In this document: in pieces, positions 38,613 to 48,379 of the stretch | How positions within the stretch are numbered: position 1 is the first letter of the stretch | Layout of the letters: each line of letters opens with the position of its first letter | Assembly: GCA_038204425.1 (NCBI GenBank) | Contig: JBBRCZ010000001.1 | Coordinates: forward strand, 320,001-384,000 | DNA from: Spirochaetia bacterium | Lineage (GTDB): Bacteria; Spirochaetota; Spirochaetia; DSM-27196; Salinispiraceae | DNA length: 64,000 nucleotides | Reading direction: 5' to 3' | Made by a program: the position numbers and the translations under genes | Notes under the pieces: model-generated | Database searches by the model: none | What the model was told of the DNA's origin: nothing | Seen by the model: only the letters and a program-made list of their open reading frames with translations

Positions 38613-39407
38613 TTATTCTCGTTCTAAATTGTCGTTTGTATTCTTTGCATCTTCGGTGCCCGCAGACAGTGTGTTTGAATCGTTGCTATTTGAAAGCGTC
38701 AGTCCGTTTAAAATGTCTTCCATAAGCTTTCGTTGACGCTGTTCTTCCAACAGTCGCGCGGCTGCGAGTCGTTCTCTCTCGACTTTTTCAGCTGCGACCC
38801 TTTGTTCTTCTCTAACCTTCTGCTCAGCAACCAAACGCTCTTCGTCTATGCGTCGTTCTTGTTCTCCCTTAATCATGGCTATCATTTTTAATACATCAGG
38901 TGTCAATGGGTCATTGGGAGCAATGGTTACAAAACTGGTATAGGAAGAAAGAGCCGAATCTAGGCTGTTGGATCTAAGCTCGAGATTGCCCAAGTTTAGA
39001 TAAGCAGAGACGTGATCAGCTTTGCTTTGTACACTTTTTTGGTAAGCATCCTTGGCTTCAGCATTTCTATTTAGCCTTACGTAATTGTTGGCCATATTGA
39101 AGTAAAGAACGTGCAATTCACCAAGCCCTCGGCCCAGCGCTTTTTGGTAAACATCAAGGGCTTTGGCAGCTTGACCATTTTGCTCGTAGCAGATTGCCAA
39201 GTAGAGATAGGCTTTGTAGTTGCTTTGATCTTCAACTATAGCTTGTTCAAGAAAAATCGCCGCTTCTTTTGGTCTATTGAAAAGAAACAGTTCCGAACCC
39301 TTTTCAAAGCTATTTGCCCCGATTGGGCTCAGAACCCCTAGCATGAGAAAAAAAAACGCCAAATTGCCAATTGATTTGGCTTTGAACGAAATATTTGTTT
39401 TAATCAT
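38613..39407 (-). CDS. Exported TPR protein
   Basis: Signal peptide, TPRs (AYLYLAICYEQNGQ, AYLNLGNLEL), C-terminal charged coiled coil. Confidence 0.85.
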   Translation of the reverse strand: MIKTNISFKAKSIGNLAFFFLMLGVLSPIGANSFEKGSELFLFNRPKEAAIFLEQAIVEDQSNYKAYLYLAICYEQNGQAAKALDVYQKALGRGLGELHVLYFNMANNYVRLNRNAEAKDAYQKSVQSKADHVSAYLNLGNLELRSNSLDSALSSYTSFVTIAPNDPLTPDVLKMIAMIKGEQERRIDEERLVAEQKVREEQRVAAEKVERERLAAARLLEEQRQRKLMEDILNGLTLSNSNDSNTLSAGTEDAKNTNDNLERE

Positions 39408-39409
39408 AT

Positions 39410-39437
39410 TTGACAGCCCCCACTTACATCATATACT
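39410..39437 (+). promoter_or_regulatory. sigma70 promoter of the TPR-Mrr operon
   Basis: TTGACA-16 nt-TATACT; the TTG used as start by the ORF track is this -35 box. Confidence 0.65.
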
Positions 39438-39472
39438 TTAAATTAGTAAAACGCTCCCAAGATGGGTACAAG

Positions 39473-40825
39473 ATGTTCATAATTCCTTTTGTTATTATCG
39501 GCTCCGTTGTCATAGTTGTTGCGATCATACTCATAAAAATAATAATAAGCCCAAAAAGGGTAAAGCAGCTTGCGCAACTTTACAAGCAAAACAAATTTTC
39601 TCTGGCAATCAAAGTAGCCAAACAGATCCTAGCCAAGGAATCTAGAAATCACGAAGCACATTTCTATTTGGGCATGTCGTACTTAGCTGAAAACAAACCC
39701 GAACTGGCCTTGATGGAACTTAAACTCGTCAATCAACTTGGCATTTTTGATGGAAGTATTAACGAAACCCAGTTTAGAAAGACTATTGCTGAACTTTACT
39801 CGAGGTTTAATCAAAATGAAGAAGCCCAAAAAGAATATCTCGTACTTTTGAAGCTCAATCCAGACAATCCCAGCTTCTATTTTGAAGCCGGCAAGCTTTT
39901 TGAGACTCGCGGACATCCTGACAAGGCCGTCAAATACTACAGAAAAACTATAGATTTGGACAAAAGACATGCGGACGCATATGGGCGACTGGGCAGCATC
40001 CTTCATCGAGCAAAGAAACTACCAGAGGCCAAAGATGCCCTAGAGGCCGCTGTTCGACTTCAACCGAATAATGCAACAGCCGGGTTCACACTGGGTAAGA
40101 TTTGTAAAGAAGCAAAAGACTTCCAGGGTGCACTGGTTCACTTTGAAAAGGCTTCAAAAGAGAATGATCTCAAAGCAAAGTCTCTTATGGAACGCGGAAC
40201 TTGTTACATTAGCCTTGGTGACCTAGAACGCGCCCAATCTGAACTAGAAAGAGCGCTAAAAATATTTGGCGATGATTCTGTCAACGAGTTGGTTTATTCT
40301 CGTTATTTGCTGGCCTATTGTTTTGAGCAAGTTAGAAAATACGAAGAGGCAATTGATCAATGGGAAATGATTCAGGCAATTAGGCCCAACTTTAGAGATG
40401 TCAGCGCCAAGCTCAGTCAGTATCAAGACTTGCGTAGCGATGACAAGATTAAAGATTACCTGACTGTATCGGACGAAGAATTTATAGAGATCTGCAAAGT
40501 CATTCTTGCCAAAACTGGTATGGACATAATAGAAAGCTCCAAGACTGAAACTGGTTATGATTTTACCGTTGGCGAAAGTCAGACAAAGTGGAGAAATACT
40601 AAAAAGCTGCCAGTTCTCTACTGTTTTGTCAGAGAGACAGAATTGATCGAAGAGCCAGTCATCAGAGACTTTAACGAAAAGATTAAGGCAAGTACCATAA
40701 GTAAAGGTGTCTTTGTAAGTAGCTCTGGATATAGTCGTGGCGCAAAAGAGTTTGCCGAATCTCGCCCGATCGATTTGATAGACAAAGACAAACTGCTTGT
40801 TCTGCTCAACGAAAAAAAGGGGTAA
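39473..40825 (+). CDS. Membrane-anchored TPR protein with C-terminal Mrr-like (restriction endonuclease fold) domain
   Basis: N-terminal TM, TPRs, C-terminal KGVFVSSSGYSRGAKEFAESRPIDLID typical of Mrr_cat. Confidence 0.8.
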   Translation: MFIIPFVIIGSVVIVVAIILIKIIISPKRVKQLAQLYKQNKFSLAIKVAKQILAKESRNHEAHFYLGMSYLAENKPELALMELKLVNQLGIFDGSINETQFRKTIAELYSRFNQNEEAQKEYLVLLKLNPDNPSFYFEAGKLFETRGHPDKAVKYYRKTIDLDKRHADAYGRLGSILHRAKKLPEAKDALEAAVRLQPNNATAGFTLGKICKEAKDFQGALVHFEKASKENDLKAKSLMERGTCYISLGDLERAQSELERALKIFGDDSVNELVYSRYLLAYCFEQVRKYEEAIDQWEMIQAIRPNFRDVSAKLSQYQDLRSDDKIKDYLTVSDEEFIEICKVILAKTGMDIIESSKTETGYDFTVGESQTKWRNTKKLPVLYCFVRETELIEEPVIRDFNEKIKASTISKGVFVSSSGYSRGAKEFAESRPIDLIDKDKLLVLLNEKKG

Positions 40826-40836
40826 ATTTAGTCTCT

Positions 40837-41511
40837 ATGAAAATTTTATGTGTGTCGGACGTTGTTGCCCCTTTGGTCTATAGTACAAAAATCAAAGAAC
40901 GCTTTAGCGATATTGAGCTTGTTATTGGTGCTGGAGATCTACCCATGGAGTACCTTGACTACATCTCTTCGAGTCTAAACAAACCAATTGTCTTTGTTTT
41001 TGGCAACCACAATCTAAAACGCTTGGTTGAGTTTAGAAGAAGTCCACCGGTTGAAGACTGGTCTCAACGAGAAGTAGCAATAAAGCAAAGTTTTGGCGCT
41101 ACGTACATCGACAACAGGATAGTAATGGTCAAAGGAGTTTTGATTGCGGGTCTTGGTGGCAGCAAGCGTTATAACGATGGCGAAAATCAATTCACCGAGT
41201 TGGAAATGATAGGCAAGGCATTTCGTTTGTTACCACGAATGCTGTGGAATCGCTTACGACATGGTCGGTTTATCGATATTTTGGTTGCTCATGCAGCGCC
41301 CTACGGGATTAACGATAAAGATGATCCCTGTCATGTCGGATTCAAAACCTTCTTGTGGTTTATGCGTTGGTTTAGTCCCAATTTACTAATTCACGGCCAC
41401 ATACATCTTTACAACAATAATGAGAACAGGGAAACCAGGTATTTTAGAACTAAGATTGTCAACGTGTATGACCATCAGGTTATACAAATTAAAGAAGGCG
41501 CTGCAACGTGA
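40837..41511 (+). CDS. Calcineurin-like metallophosphoesterase
   Basis: ILCVSD, GAGDL, VFGNHN, VAHAAP, IHGHIH. Confidence 0.9.
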   Translation: MKILCVSDVVAPLVYSTKIKERFSDIELVIGAGDLPMEYLDYISSSLNKPIVFVFGNHNLKRLVEFRRSPPVEDWSQREVAIKQSFGATYIDNRIVMVKGVLIAGLGGSKRYNDGENQFTELEMIGKAFRLLPRMLWNRLRHGRFIDILVAHAAPYGINDKDDPCHVGFKTFLWFMRWFSPNLLIHGHIHLYNNNENRETRYFRTKIVNVYDHQVIQIKEGAAT

Positions 41512-42425
41512 ACGAAGGTTTCTACAAATCAGAGGCGAGTGAAGACTTCAACAAAGCCCGAGGCAAAGAAGCTTTATTGCGGATTTTTAGTATGCTTTGG
41601 CCGCAAAAAGAAGAATTGCTTTCTTTTGAAGAAGTTCGTGCCCTGATGCAACCTAAGCGCCAGTCATATCGAGGGCTTCAAACCATATCTATAAAGTTGA
41701 TTGTTGGCAGTGAAGGACGATATAAGGACTTTAACAAATCATTTTTGCCGCGTAAAGAACACCTGAGAAATCGATGGACAAGAGTTGACGAAGCCCGACT
41801 AAGCGACATTATTCTGCCACCAATACAACTGTATGAGCTAGGCGGCGTCTATTTTGTACGAGACGGCAACCATCGAGTAAGCGTTGCTAAAAGCCAAGGT
41901 TGTGAGGCTATCGACGCGGAAGTCATTTCGCTTGACTCGCGGATAACCTTGTATCCAAAAATGACTCGAGAGGACCTCTATCAGGCAATTCTTGACTATG
42001 AATATGAAAGCTTTCTTGACAAGACCAACATCAAAGAATATTTTCCTGAGTCAGACTTTAAGCTAACCTGTACCGGTAGATATGATGAAATAATGTACCA
42101 TATCTTTGTCCACAAATATTACGCCAATCAGGGCTACGATCAGGAAATACCATTTTCCGAAGCAGTTAAGTCTTGGTACCACAATGTATATAAACCAATA
42201 GCTGAGATTGTTGAGCACGAAGGGCTTTTAGCTGGGTTTCCTGGCAAAACCATCTCTGATCTCTATGTTTGGGTTGTCAAACACTGGCATTTTCTAAAAG
42301 AAAAGTATGGTGATGAAATTAGCGCCAAGGAAGCGGCTGTAAGCTATTTTCAAATCTATGGAAAAACATTTATGCAACGTTTTGAAGATTTTGTAAGCAG
42401 ACTCTTAGGTGGTCACAAAAAATGA
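41508..42425 (+). CDS. ParB/sulfiredoxin-fold protein (DUF4032-associated family)
   Basis: IVGSEGRYKDF...FLP...RW...LPPIQLY...YFVRDGNHRVSVAK...IDAEV; GTGA overlap with the phosphoesterase stop. Confidence 0.75.
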   Translation: MNEGFYKSEASEDFNKARGKEALLRIFSMLWPQKEELLSFEEVRALMQPKRQSYRGLQTISIKLIVGSEGRYKDFNKSFLPRKEHLRNRWTRVDEARLSDIILPPIQLYELGGVYFVRDGNHRVSVAKSQGCEAIDAEVISLDSRITLYPKMTREDLYQAILDYEYESFLDKTNIKEYFPESDFKLTCTGRYDEIMYHIFVHKYYANQGYDQEIPFSEAVKSWYHNVYKPIAEIVEHEGLLAGFPGKTISDLYVWVVKHWHFLKEKYGDEISAKEAAVSYFQIYGKTFMQRFEDFVSRLLGGHKK

Positions 42426-42442
42426 AGCCACAAAAAAGTAAG

Positions 42443-43135
42443 TCAGTTGGGCAGTTTCCATGGTCCTGATGAATTGAGTATTCGTTGGTCGTTGTAGAGA
42501 TCGCTAATTACAATGCTTGTTGTCCCAAGGCTCCTAAGCTCTTTCAGTAGAATTGAGTTTCCTGCAACCTGAAATACTTTCTTGAGATTTCCTGAGATAT
42601 CGAGGCAATGTATTTCTCTATAGAGACTTGATTGAAGTGCTGGCTCAATTCTCAATTCTCCATCGCTGATCATGAGTTTTGGAATTTCTGGCAATTTTCG
42701 ACCAATTTCTTGGTTAAGTGTTAATACAATTCGGTCGGACTCACCATCATAGTTTTCTATATACAGTTCATAGTTGCCTTTGGGGAAGTCTTCTCCCCAA
42801 GCTGGAGAGATACTTGAGGAAGCCAGCCAGTATTCTCCTGACTCAATATTTTTTTTGAGGTCACTGCTATCAATCGCCCAATAGAGTTCACTACTTTGAT
42901 GAAACAGTACTGCGGTAGCAATGTTTTTGATATGCTTGTCACTAGCCACCCTAAACAGAAGCAGAAGTCTGTTGTCGGTCGTTTTTTCTTGGGGATTGTA
43001 GGTCTGCTGCAGATATAAGCGTGATTCAAGCGGAACAGCGCGTTCATTTCGGCACGAAATCGTGCTCAATAGCGATAACAAAACAAAAAGCGGAACCGCA
43101 AGGTTCCGCCATTGAAGTCTCTTACTCATTTTCAC
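42443..43135 (-). CDS. Hypothetical lipoprotein
   Basis: Signal peptide ending LLSTIS-C; directly follows rpsU. Confidence 0.65.
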   Translation of the reverse strand: MKMSKRLQWRNLAVPLFVLLSLLSTISCRNERAVPLESRLYLQQTYNPQEKTTDNRLLLLFRVASDKHIKNIATAVLFHQSSELYWAIDSSDLKKNIESGEYWLASSSISPAWGEDFPKGNYELYIENYDGESDRIVLTLNQEIGRKLPEIPKLMISDGELRIEPALQSSLYREIHCLDISGNLKKVFQVAGNSILLKELRSLGTTSIVISDLYNDQRILNSSGPWKLPN

Positions 43136-43345
43136 TCAAAAGGATTTGCCGTTCTGAATTTTACGAATTTTCTTCATTAGTTTTCGTTCCAGAGCTTTCT
43201 TTTTCCTGTTGCGGATGGTGGAAGGCTTTTCGAAATATTCACGCTTCTTCCACTCTCGAATGATACCTTCTTTTTCAACCATACGTTTAAAACGTTTGAT
43301 TGCTTTTTCCAAATTTTCTGTATCGTCTACCTTGATAAATGCCAT
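43136..43345 (-). CDS. rpsU: 30S ribosomal protein S21
   Basis: [36 protein letters not shown] 43345 with SD GGGGGTGA. Confidence 0.97.
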   Translation of the reverse strand: MAFIKVDDTENLEKAIKRFKRMVEKEGIIREWKKREYFEKPSTIRNRKKKALERKLMKKIRKIQNGKSF

Positions 43346-43366
43346 GGTAATCACCCCCTCTCTGCA

Positions 43367-44350
43367 TTAAGGTTCAAAAGGTAAGCCAATTATGCCCAAA
43401 AATGCTTCTTTGTCAAGGTTTCTGTAGCGCAAGAGTGACTCTGGATCAGCACTTTGACCTTGAATCCGGAGCTCCCAGTGTAAATGTGGCCCGGTAACAA
43501 GACCCGTTGAACCACTGATTCCAATCTGCGTACCCGCTTGGGCCCAAGTCTTGTTGGCTAGCGAAAGCTCTGAAAGATGATAGTAGAGGGAAAAAACTCC
43601 GGCAAGGTGCCTGACTACTACCGTATTCCCCGTCACAATACGTAGCTTGGCGAGTACAAGTTCACCAATTCCTGCCACCTGGACTGTTTTGCCGCCGCCA
43701 CCGTAATCCATTCCATAGTGAAGACTAAACGCAGAACTTCCATCACTATAGCGCCATTCCCTATGGTCGGCAAAAGCGCCTGATCTGCGGGAAAGATTTT
43801 GTGGATACTGCCAAACAGGCATCTCTGTTATTATTACTTGTTCAAAACTCTTTAACAATTCTTGCATTTCTCGAGTTTCTTCTTGTTTTTTTTGATCTAT
43901 CATGGTTCTTAGATTTGTCATCGATTTTCCCAGCGTCAAAACATCCAGTGGAAAATTTCTTTTTAGTACCGGAAGCGTTGTCGACCAGATAGCTTGCTTA
44001 CTAAGTTCATCAACGATTTCTATACTGTAGACCTCGGGTACTCTCAAAACAGGAATAGGAACGTAGAATAGATCAACTGAATACAATCCGTCTCGCAGGA
44101 TTTCAATTGACTTAAGTTTCAGATCAATGATATCGGAAGCAAATTCTTTTTTTACTAGCTGAAGCTCGAGCAAATGGTGTGATTTTGCCACTTGTTGCTT
44201 CTTGCGTAGACAAACAATCCGATAGACCTCGCCTTGAACCGCATAAGAGTCCTGAGCAAACACTCGTGTAATCTCGGAACCAAAGGCGGTCTCTGACAGA
44301 AAAAACAAAGCTGCACCCCACAGCAGTGTAAAGATCGCGCGAGCCTTCAC
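43367..44350 (-). CDS. M23 family metallopeptidase
   Basis: HYGMD (HxxxD), GNTVVVRH, SLYYHLS, GSTGLVTGPHLHWE; signal peptide. Confidence 0.92.
   Translation of the reverse strand: MKARAIFTLLWGAALFFLSETAFGSEITRVFAQDSYAVQGEVYRIVCLRKKQQVAKSHHLLELQLVKKEFASDIIDLKLKSIEILRDGLYSVDLFYVPIPVLRVPEVYSIEIVDELSKQAIWSTTLPVLKRNFPLDVLTLGKSMTNLRTMIDQKKQEETREMQELLKSFEQVIITEMPVWQYPQNLSRRSGAFADHREWRYSDGSSAFSLHYGMDYGGGGKTVQVAGIGELVLAKLRIVTGNTVVVRHLAGVFSLYYHLSELSLANKTWAQAGTQIGISGSTGLVTGPHLHWELRIQGQSADPESLLRYRNLDKEAFLGIIGLPFEP
43389..43416 (-). promoter_or_regulatory. Internal sigma70 promoter for rpsU
   Basis: TTGACA-16 nt-CATAAT inside the 3' end of the M23 gene. Confidence 0.65.
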
Positions 44351-46470
44351 TTGATGTTTACACTACGTTGCATATCATGCACTACCAATTGAAGACTTGT
44401 ACTTGGGCCAAACGTCTTCTTCTCTAATCTAAACTGAATATCGACCGATTCACCTAGTGAAAAATCTCTACCAATTTTTGTAGCTGCATCCCAATATACT
44501 GCTGGCCAGGTTCGGCTACCCATGCCGAGCAAGAGTTTAAGGTGATTTTTTTCTTTGCCTATTAGGTTGGCTTCATTGATGCGTGCACTGCTAAAGCCAT
44601 ACAAAATACCTGGAGAATCATTGCCGGTTGGTAAGAAGACTTCTTCTGTTTTCCAAAGGTTTTCACTCATTTCGTTTTCACTGACGATAATATCCAATGG
44701 CACAAAGTCAGGGTCATTATCTTCTAGGCTTACCTGCTCAATTGCCTTTAGTACACTTTGCCAAAATACTTGAAATTTCTCTTCACTGAGCGAAAATCCA
44801 CCTGCCGCATCATGTCCCCCAAATGCCAAAAGGCTGTCTTCAAACTGAGAAAGAAATTGGGTAACCTTAAGCCCTCTAACGGTACGCATACTGCCAACCA
44901 GCTTGTTTTCCAGCTTGGTCATAATTATGGCTGGAACATTAAATTCCCGTGCAATACGATTTGCCAAAATTCCTGTAATGCCACGACTAATTTGATCGTC
45001 TCTGACTATCACCATTCGGTTTCCATTGGCTTCGACAAAAGTACGTGCATCGCCCCTAATGCGCTTGAGGGCCAGCTCACCTTGTTTTTTTCGATCCTCA
45101 TTCATTGCCATTAAGTCTTTTACTATTGCAATTGCTTGTTGAGGGTCTTTACAAAGCAGTAAGTTGACGCCTATGTCAGGTTTTCCCAGTCTACCTGCAG
45201 AATTCAAGATCGGTGTCAGGCGCCATCCAATGTCCTTAGCTTGGATAGATTCTTGTAGCATGCCTATTTCGCGCATGAGTGTATGAATTCCGGTGTACTT
45301 AGTTTTTGGCAATGTCTCAAGTCCACGCCTTAGCATAATTCTATTTTCGTCTGAAATGGGCATCATATCGGCAACTATGCTCAACGAAACCATTCCGAGC
45401 TTGGAGAGGTGATTTTCCCATGCTTGCTCGGCTTGTTGCTTGCAATACGCGTCAAATAGACCCTTTAGAACGTCGATTTCTGCTGGACGTTCCAAAGAAA
45501 ACTTGACCAACTTAGAGCCGGATAACATGCGAAGCAATGATTTGTTGCTGAGCTCTGGAAAAACTTTATATATAGCCGGAGCTAAATCTTCTACGTAGAC
45601 GTCAGTACCTTTTCCAAATAACCGTGTGAGTAACGGGGACTGCACGCCAGCGTCATAGACGAACAAAGGGCTACCTTGCAGGAAAGGGACTACTCGAGAA
45701 AACAAGACGTTAGAATTTCCGTCTACAATGTGTTCTTGTAGTCTGGCCACTTCAATCAGGTTTCTGATTTTAACTCCTTCAAAAGTCACGCCACCATTTC
45801 CTGGACAAAGGTTTATCAAGCAAAACTCTTGACCGTACCATGGGCTTTTGGCAAGGTCCCATGCGAGCAATACTTTTGACACCAGCGCAGCAGCACATAG
45901 GCCTTCAAAAGGATACTGACAATCAGGAACTTTTGGATCAATGATGGCTACGGCCGCCGGTAGCTCATCACGAGGGTTGTGGTGATCGATTACGATCACA
46001 TCAATTCCAAGTTCAACTGCTAAATCAATTTCATCTAAACAAGTAATGCCACAATCTACCGTTATAATGAGAGTAATACCCTCGTTGTGAGCCCAGTCGA
46101 CAACCTCGTTACTTATACCGTAGTTTTCGTCATCCATTGGCAGACGCCATTGGGTTTCTATTCCTGCATCGATAAGGTGTTCGACCATCAAAGCGATACT
46201 GGTCATGCCATCGACATCACGGTCGCCAAAAACCAACACGCGCTCTTTGTGGTCTCGGGCTTGTTCTAGTCTCTCGACTACGTTATCCATTTCTTCAAAA
46301 AGAAAAGGATTGTGGGTGCTCTTTAGGTTGTGATCAAGATAAAATCGAACAGACTCTGGTTTAGTTATGCCGCGTCTTATGAAAATTTCAGCTGCCGGGG
46401 CTTGGACATTGAAGCGATCCACAAAAGCTTTAACTTCTGTACTATCGACGGGAGCAAGGGTAAAATTCAT
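44347..46470 (-). CDS. recJ: Single-stranded DNA exonuclease RecJ
   Basis: GDRDVDG, ITVDCG, IDHH, NSAGRLG, GSMR, FGGHDAAGG, NHLKL; roughly 150-aa internal insertion. Confidence 0.96.
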   Translation of the reverse strand: MNFTLAPVDSTEVKAFVDRFNVQAPAAEIFIRRGITKPESVRFYLDHNLKSTHNPFLFEEMDNVVERLEQARDHKERVLVFGDRDVDGMTSIALMVEHLIDAGIETQWRLPMDDENYGISNEVVDWAHNEGITLIITVDCGITCLDEIDLAVELGIDVIVIDHHNPRDELPAAVAIIDPKVPDCQYPFEGLCAAALVSKVLLAWDLAKSPWYGQEFCLINLCPGNGGVTFEGVKIRNLIEVARLQEHIVDGNSNVLFSRVVPFLQGSPLFVYDAGVQSPLLTRLFGKGTDVYVEDLAPAIYKVFPELSNKSLLRMLSGSKLVKFSLERPAEIDVLKGLFDAYCKQQAEQAWENHLSKLGMVSLSIVADMMPISDENRIMLRRGLETLPKTKYTGIHTLMREIGMLQESIQAKDIGWRLTPILNSAGRLGKPDIGVNLLLCKDPQQAIAIVKDLMAMNEDRKKQGELALKRIRGDARTFVEANGNRMVIVRDDQISRGITGILANRIAREFNVPAIIMTKLENKLVGSMRTVRGLKVTQFLSQFEDSLLAFGGHDAAGGFSLSEEKFQVFWQSVLKAIEQVSLEDNDPDFVPLDIIVSENEMSENLWKTEEVFLPTGNDSPGILYGFSSARINEANLIGKEKNHLKLLLGMGSRTWPAVYWDAATKIGRDFSLGESVDIQFRLEKKTFGPSTSLQLVVHDMQRSVNIK

Positions 46471-47831
46471 TCGGGATATACCACCTGGGCTACAACCGGT
46501 CTTTGGTTGGGTTTATGATGCTCGATTCTTACAGAACTTGTAAGCAAGGGCAATGCCTTAGCGAGACTGTCACTGTCTTCGGCATAAACTTCTGCGATTA
46601 GCTGGTCTTTGAGGACTTTGGCTGTCCTAGCGAAATGAAAGACTATGCCAACATCGGCTAAAACTTGGTCGTCAAGTTTACTACGCCCGGCACCAAGTAT
46701 TGTCGCAGCATTTCCAACGGCTAGAGCGTTCCAGTCAGTCAGGTAGCCATCCTGGTCAGCATAGAGCTCATGTTTTATTCTTGCACGGCGGGTGTACTTT
46801 TGAGCCAATAACAGGTCAAAATTGCCACCCTGAGCCTCTATGTTGGAAGCGAAAGACTGCAGCGCACGTCCACTGGTCAATGCGTCAATACAAGCTTGCA
46901 TGGCCAGCCCGCGATTTTGATACTTGGGGCTAAGCAGTAGCATTGAACTAGCTAGTTCCAGACTGAGCTCCATAAGTGTTGCCGAAATTCCTTCGACTTT
47001 TAAGTGCCCCTGGTACCATTCAATTTTGTACAAACCGTCACCATGGTATTGCAGGCAACGCAGGCATTCTTCGACTTCCAGATAGTTTCCAACACAGTAG
47101 CCGAGTGGAAATGACATGTCGGTAAGCAGGGCAAGCGAGTCTCTACCAAGATGCCTGGCGGTCTGTATCAAAGATTTAGCCAAAGTCAATGCACTACTTT
47201 GGTCTTTCATAAATGCACCGGAACCAAACTTAACATCAAAAACGAAGCCTTTGGCGCCTTCTGCATATTTTTTTGAAAGTATGCTGGCAGTGATTAAAGG
47301 AATCGATTCTATCGTAGCTGTAACGTCACGCAAAGCATAAAGCAATCGATCCGCCGGAACAATTTCTTTGGTTTGACCAGTCATCGCGAAACCCGCTTGG
47401 GACAAAGTGGTCAAAAATTCTGCCTGCGTCAATTGAGACTTATAACCAAGGATAGCATCAAGCTTGTCTAAGGTGCCACCAGTGTGCCCAAGGCTGCGCC
47501 CACTCATCATGGGAACCATCAATCCGCAGGCGGCAACTATTGGGGCTACAATCAAAGAAGTTTTGTCACCTACACCACCGGTTGAATGTTTATCGACCAA
47601 ATATGCAGATACCGAGCTTAGGTCAAACTGTTCACCTGACTCAATCATGGCCCAGGTCAAAGCACTCGTTTCTGCGGCGGTCATACCCGTAAAATAGCTT
47701 GCCATTAACCAAGCAGAAATTTGGTAGTCGGGAATCTGGCCGGCCACATAGCCATTTACCAAATAAGAAATTTCTGTACTGCTGAGCTCCTCACCGTTGC
47801 GTTTCTTGGTAATTATGTCTACGGTTCTCAC
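46467..47831 (-). CDS. pdp: Pyrimidine-nucleoside/thymidine phosphorylase
   Basis: DKHSTGGVGDKTS, MSGRSLGHTGGTLDKL, LYALRDVTAT, SILSKK, DVKFGSGAFM. GTG 47831 with SD GGAGG. Confidence 0.95.
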   Translation of the reverse strand: MRTVDIITKKRNGEELSSTEISYLVNGYVAGQIPDYQISAWLMASYFTGMTAAETSALTWAMIESGEQFDLSSVSAYLVDKHSTGGVGDKTSLIVAPIVAACGLMVPMMSGRSLGHTGGTLDKLDAILGYKSQLTQAEFLTTLSQAGFAMTGQTKEIVPADRLLYALRDVTATIESIPLITASILSKKYAEGAKGFVFDVKFGSGAFMKDQSSALTLAKSLIQTARHLGRDSLALLTDMSFPLGYCVGNYLEVEECLRCLQYHGDGLYKIEWYQGHLKVEGISATLMELSLELASSMLLLSPKYQNRGLAMQACIDALTSGRALQSFASNIEAQGGNFDLLLAQKYTRRARIKHELYADQDGYLTDWNALAVGNAATILGAGRSKLDDQVLADVGIVFHFARTAKVLKDQLIAEVYAEDSDSLAKALPLLTSSVRIEHHKPNQRPVVAQVVYPE

Positions 47832-47890
47832 CAAAGGCCTCCGTTCAAAAAATTGTAGCACAGTCCAGCTTTTTGCGGTATGCTACCAAC

Positions 47891-48379
47891 ATGAAGGACT
47901 ATAAGCTTTTTGTTGATTTGGATGGCGTTCTGTGTGATTTTGATTCAGGAGTTCTTGCAATTTGCGGCAAGTCACCATCAGAGCTTTTGCCCTCTCAGAT
48001 GTGGTCCCAACTTGCACGCAGCCCCGGTTTCTATGATCGACTACAGTGGACTCAAGATGGCCACTTGCTGTGGGACAGCGTAAAAGACTACAAACCGACA
48101 ATTTTGACGGGTTTGCCACGAGGAAATTGGGCTGAAGGTCAGAAGCGCTCGTGGTGTCGTCGAGAGCTCGGGCCAGATGTGCCAGTAGTTACCTGCCTAT
48201 CAAGAGAAAAAGCACTTAGGGCCAGCAGTTTGCTTACAGAGAACCAGGTTGCCGTACTTGTTGATGATCGCCTAAATCTCAAAGAAGATTGGCAGGCCAT
48301 TGGCGGAATTTTTGTCTGGCACCAAAATTCACTTAAAAGCCTGCAACAACTTGCCATGCTTGGTTTCAAGACAGTATAA
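47891..48379 (+). CDS. HAD-superfamily 5'(3')-nucleotidase-like protein
   Basis: LFVDLDGVLCDF, ILTG, QKRSW, VLVDDR...W...GG; divergent from pdp. Confidence 0.8.
   Translation: MKDYKLFVDLDGVLCDFDSGVLAICGKSPSELLPSQMWSQLARSPGFYDRLQWTQDGHLLWDSVKDYKPTILTGLPRGNWAEGQKRSWCRRELGPDVPVVTCLSREKALRASSLLTENQVAVLVDDRLNLKEDWQAIGGIFVWHQNSLKSLQQLAMLGFKTV

Noticed and set aside
39348..39356. T9 run in the signal-peptide region of the TPR gene, and other A8/T8 runs in CDSs
   Set aside because: The reading frames are intact through them, so there is no evidence of recoding or phase variation, unlike the A10 at 58955.
39473..42425. TPR-Mrr, phosphoesterase and ParB-fold genes as an anti-phage defence island
   Set aside because: Core-genome context, no mobility genes or evident compositional shift, and the nuclease motif looks degenerate.
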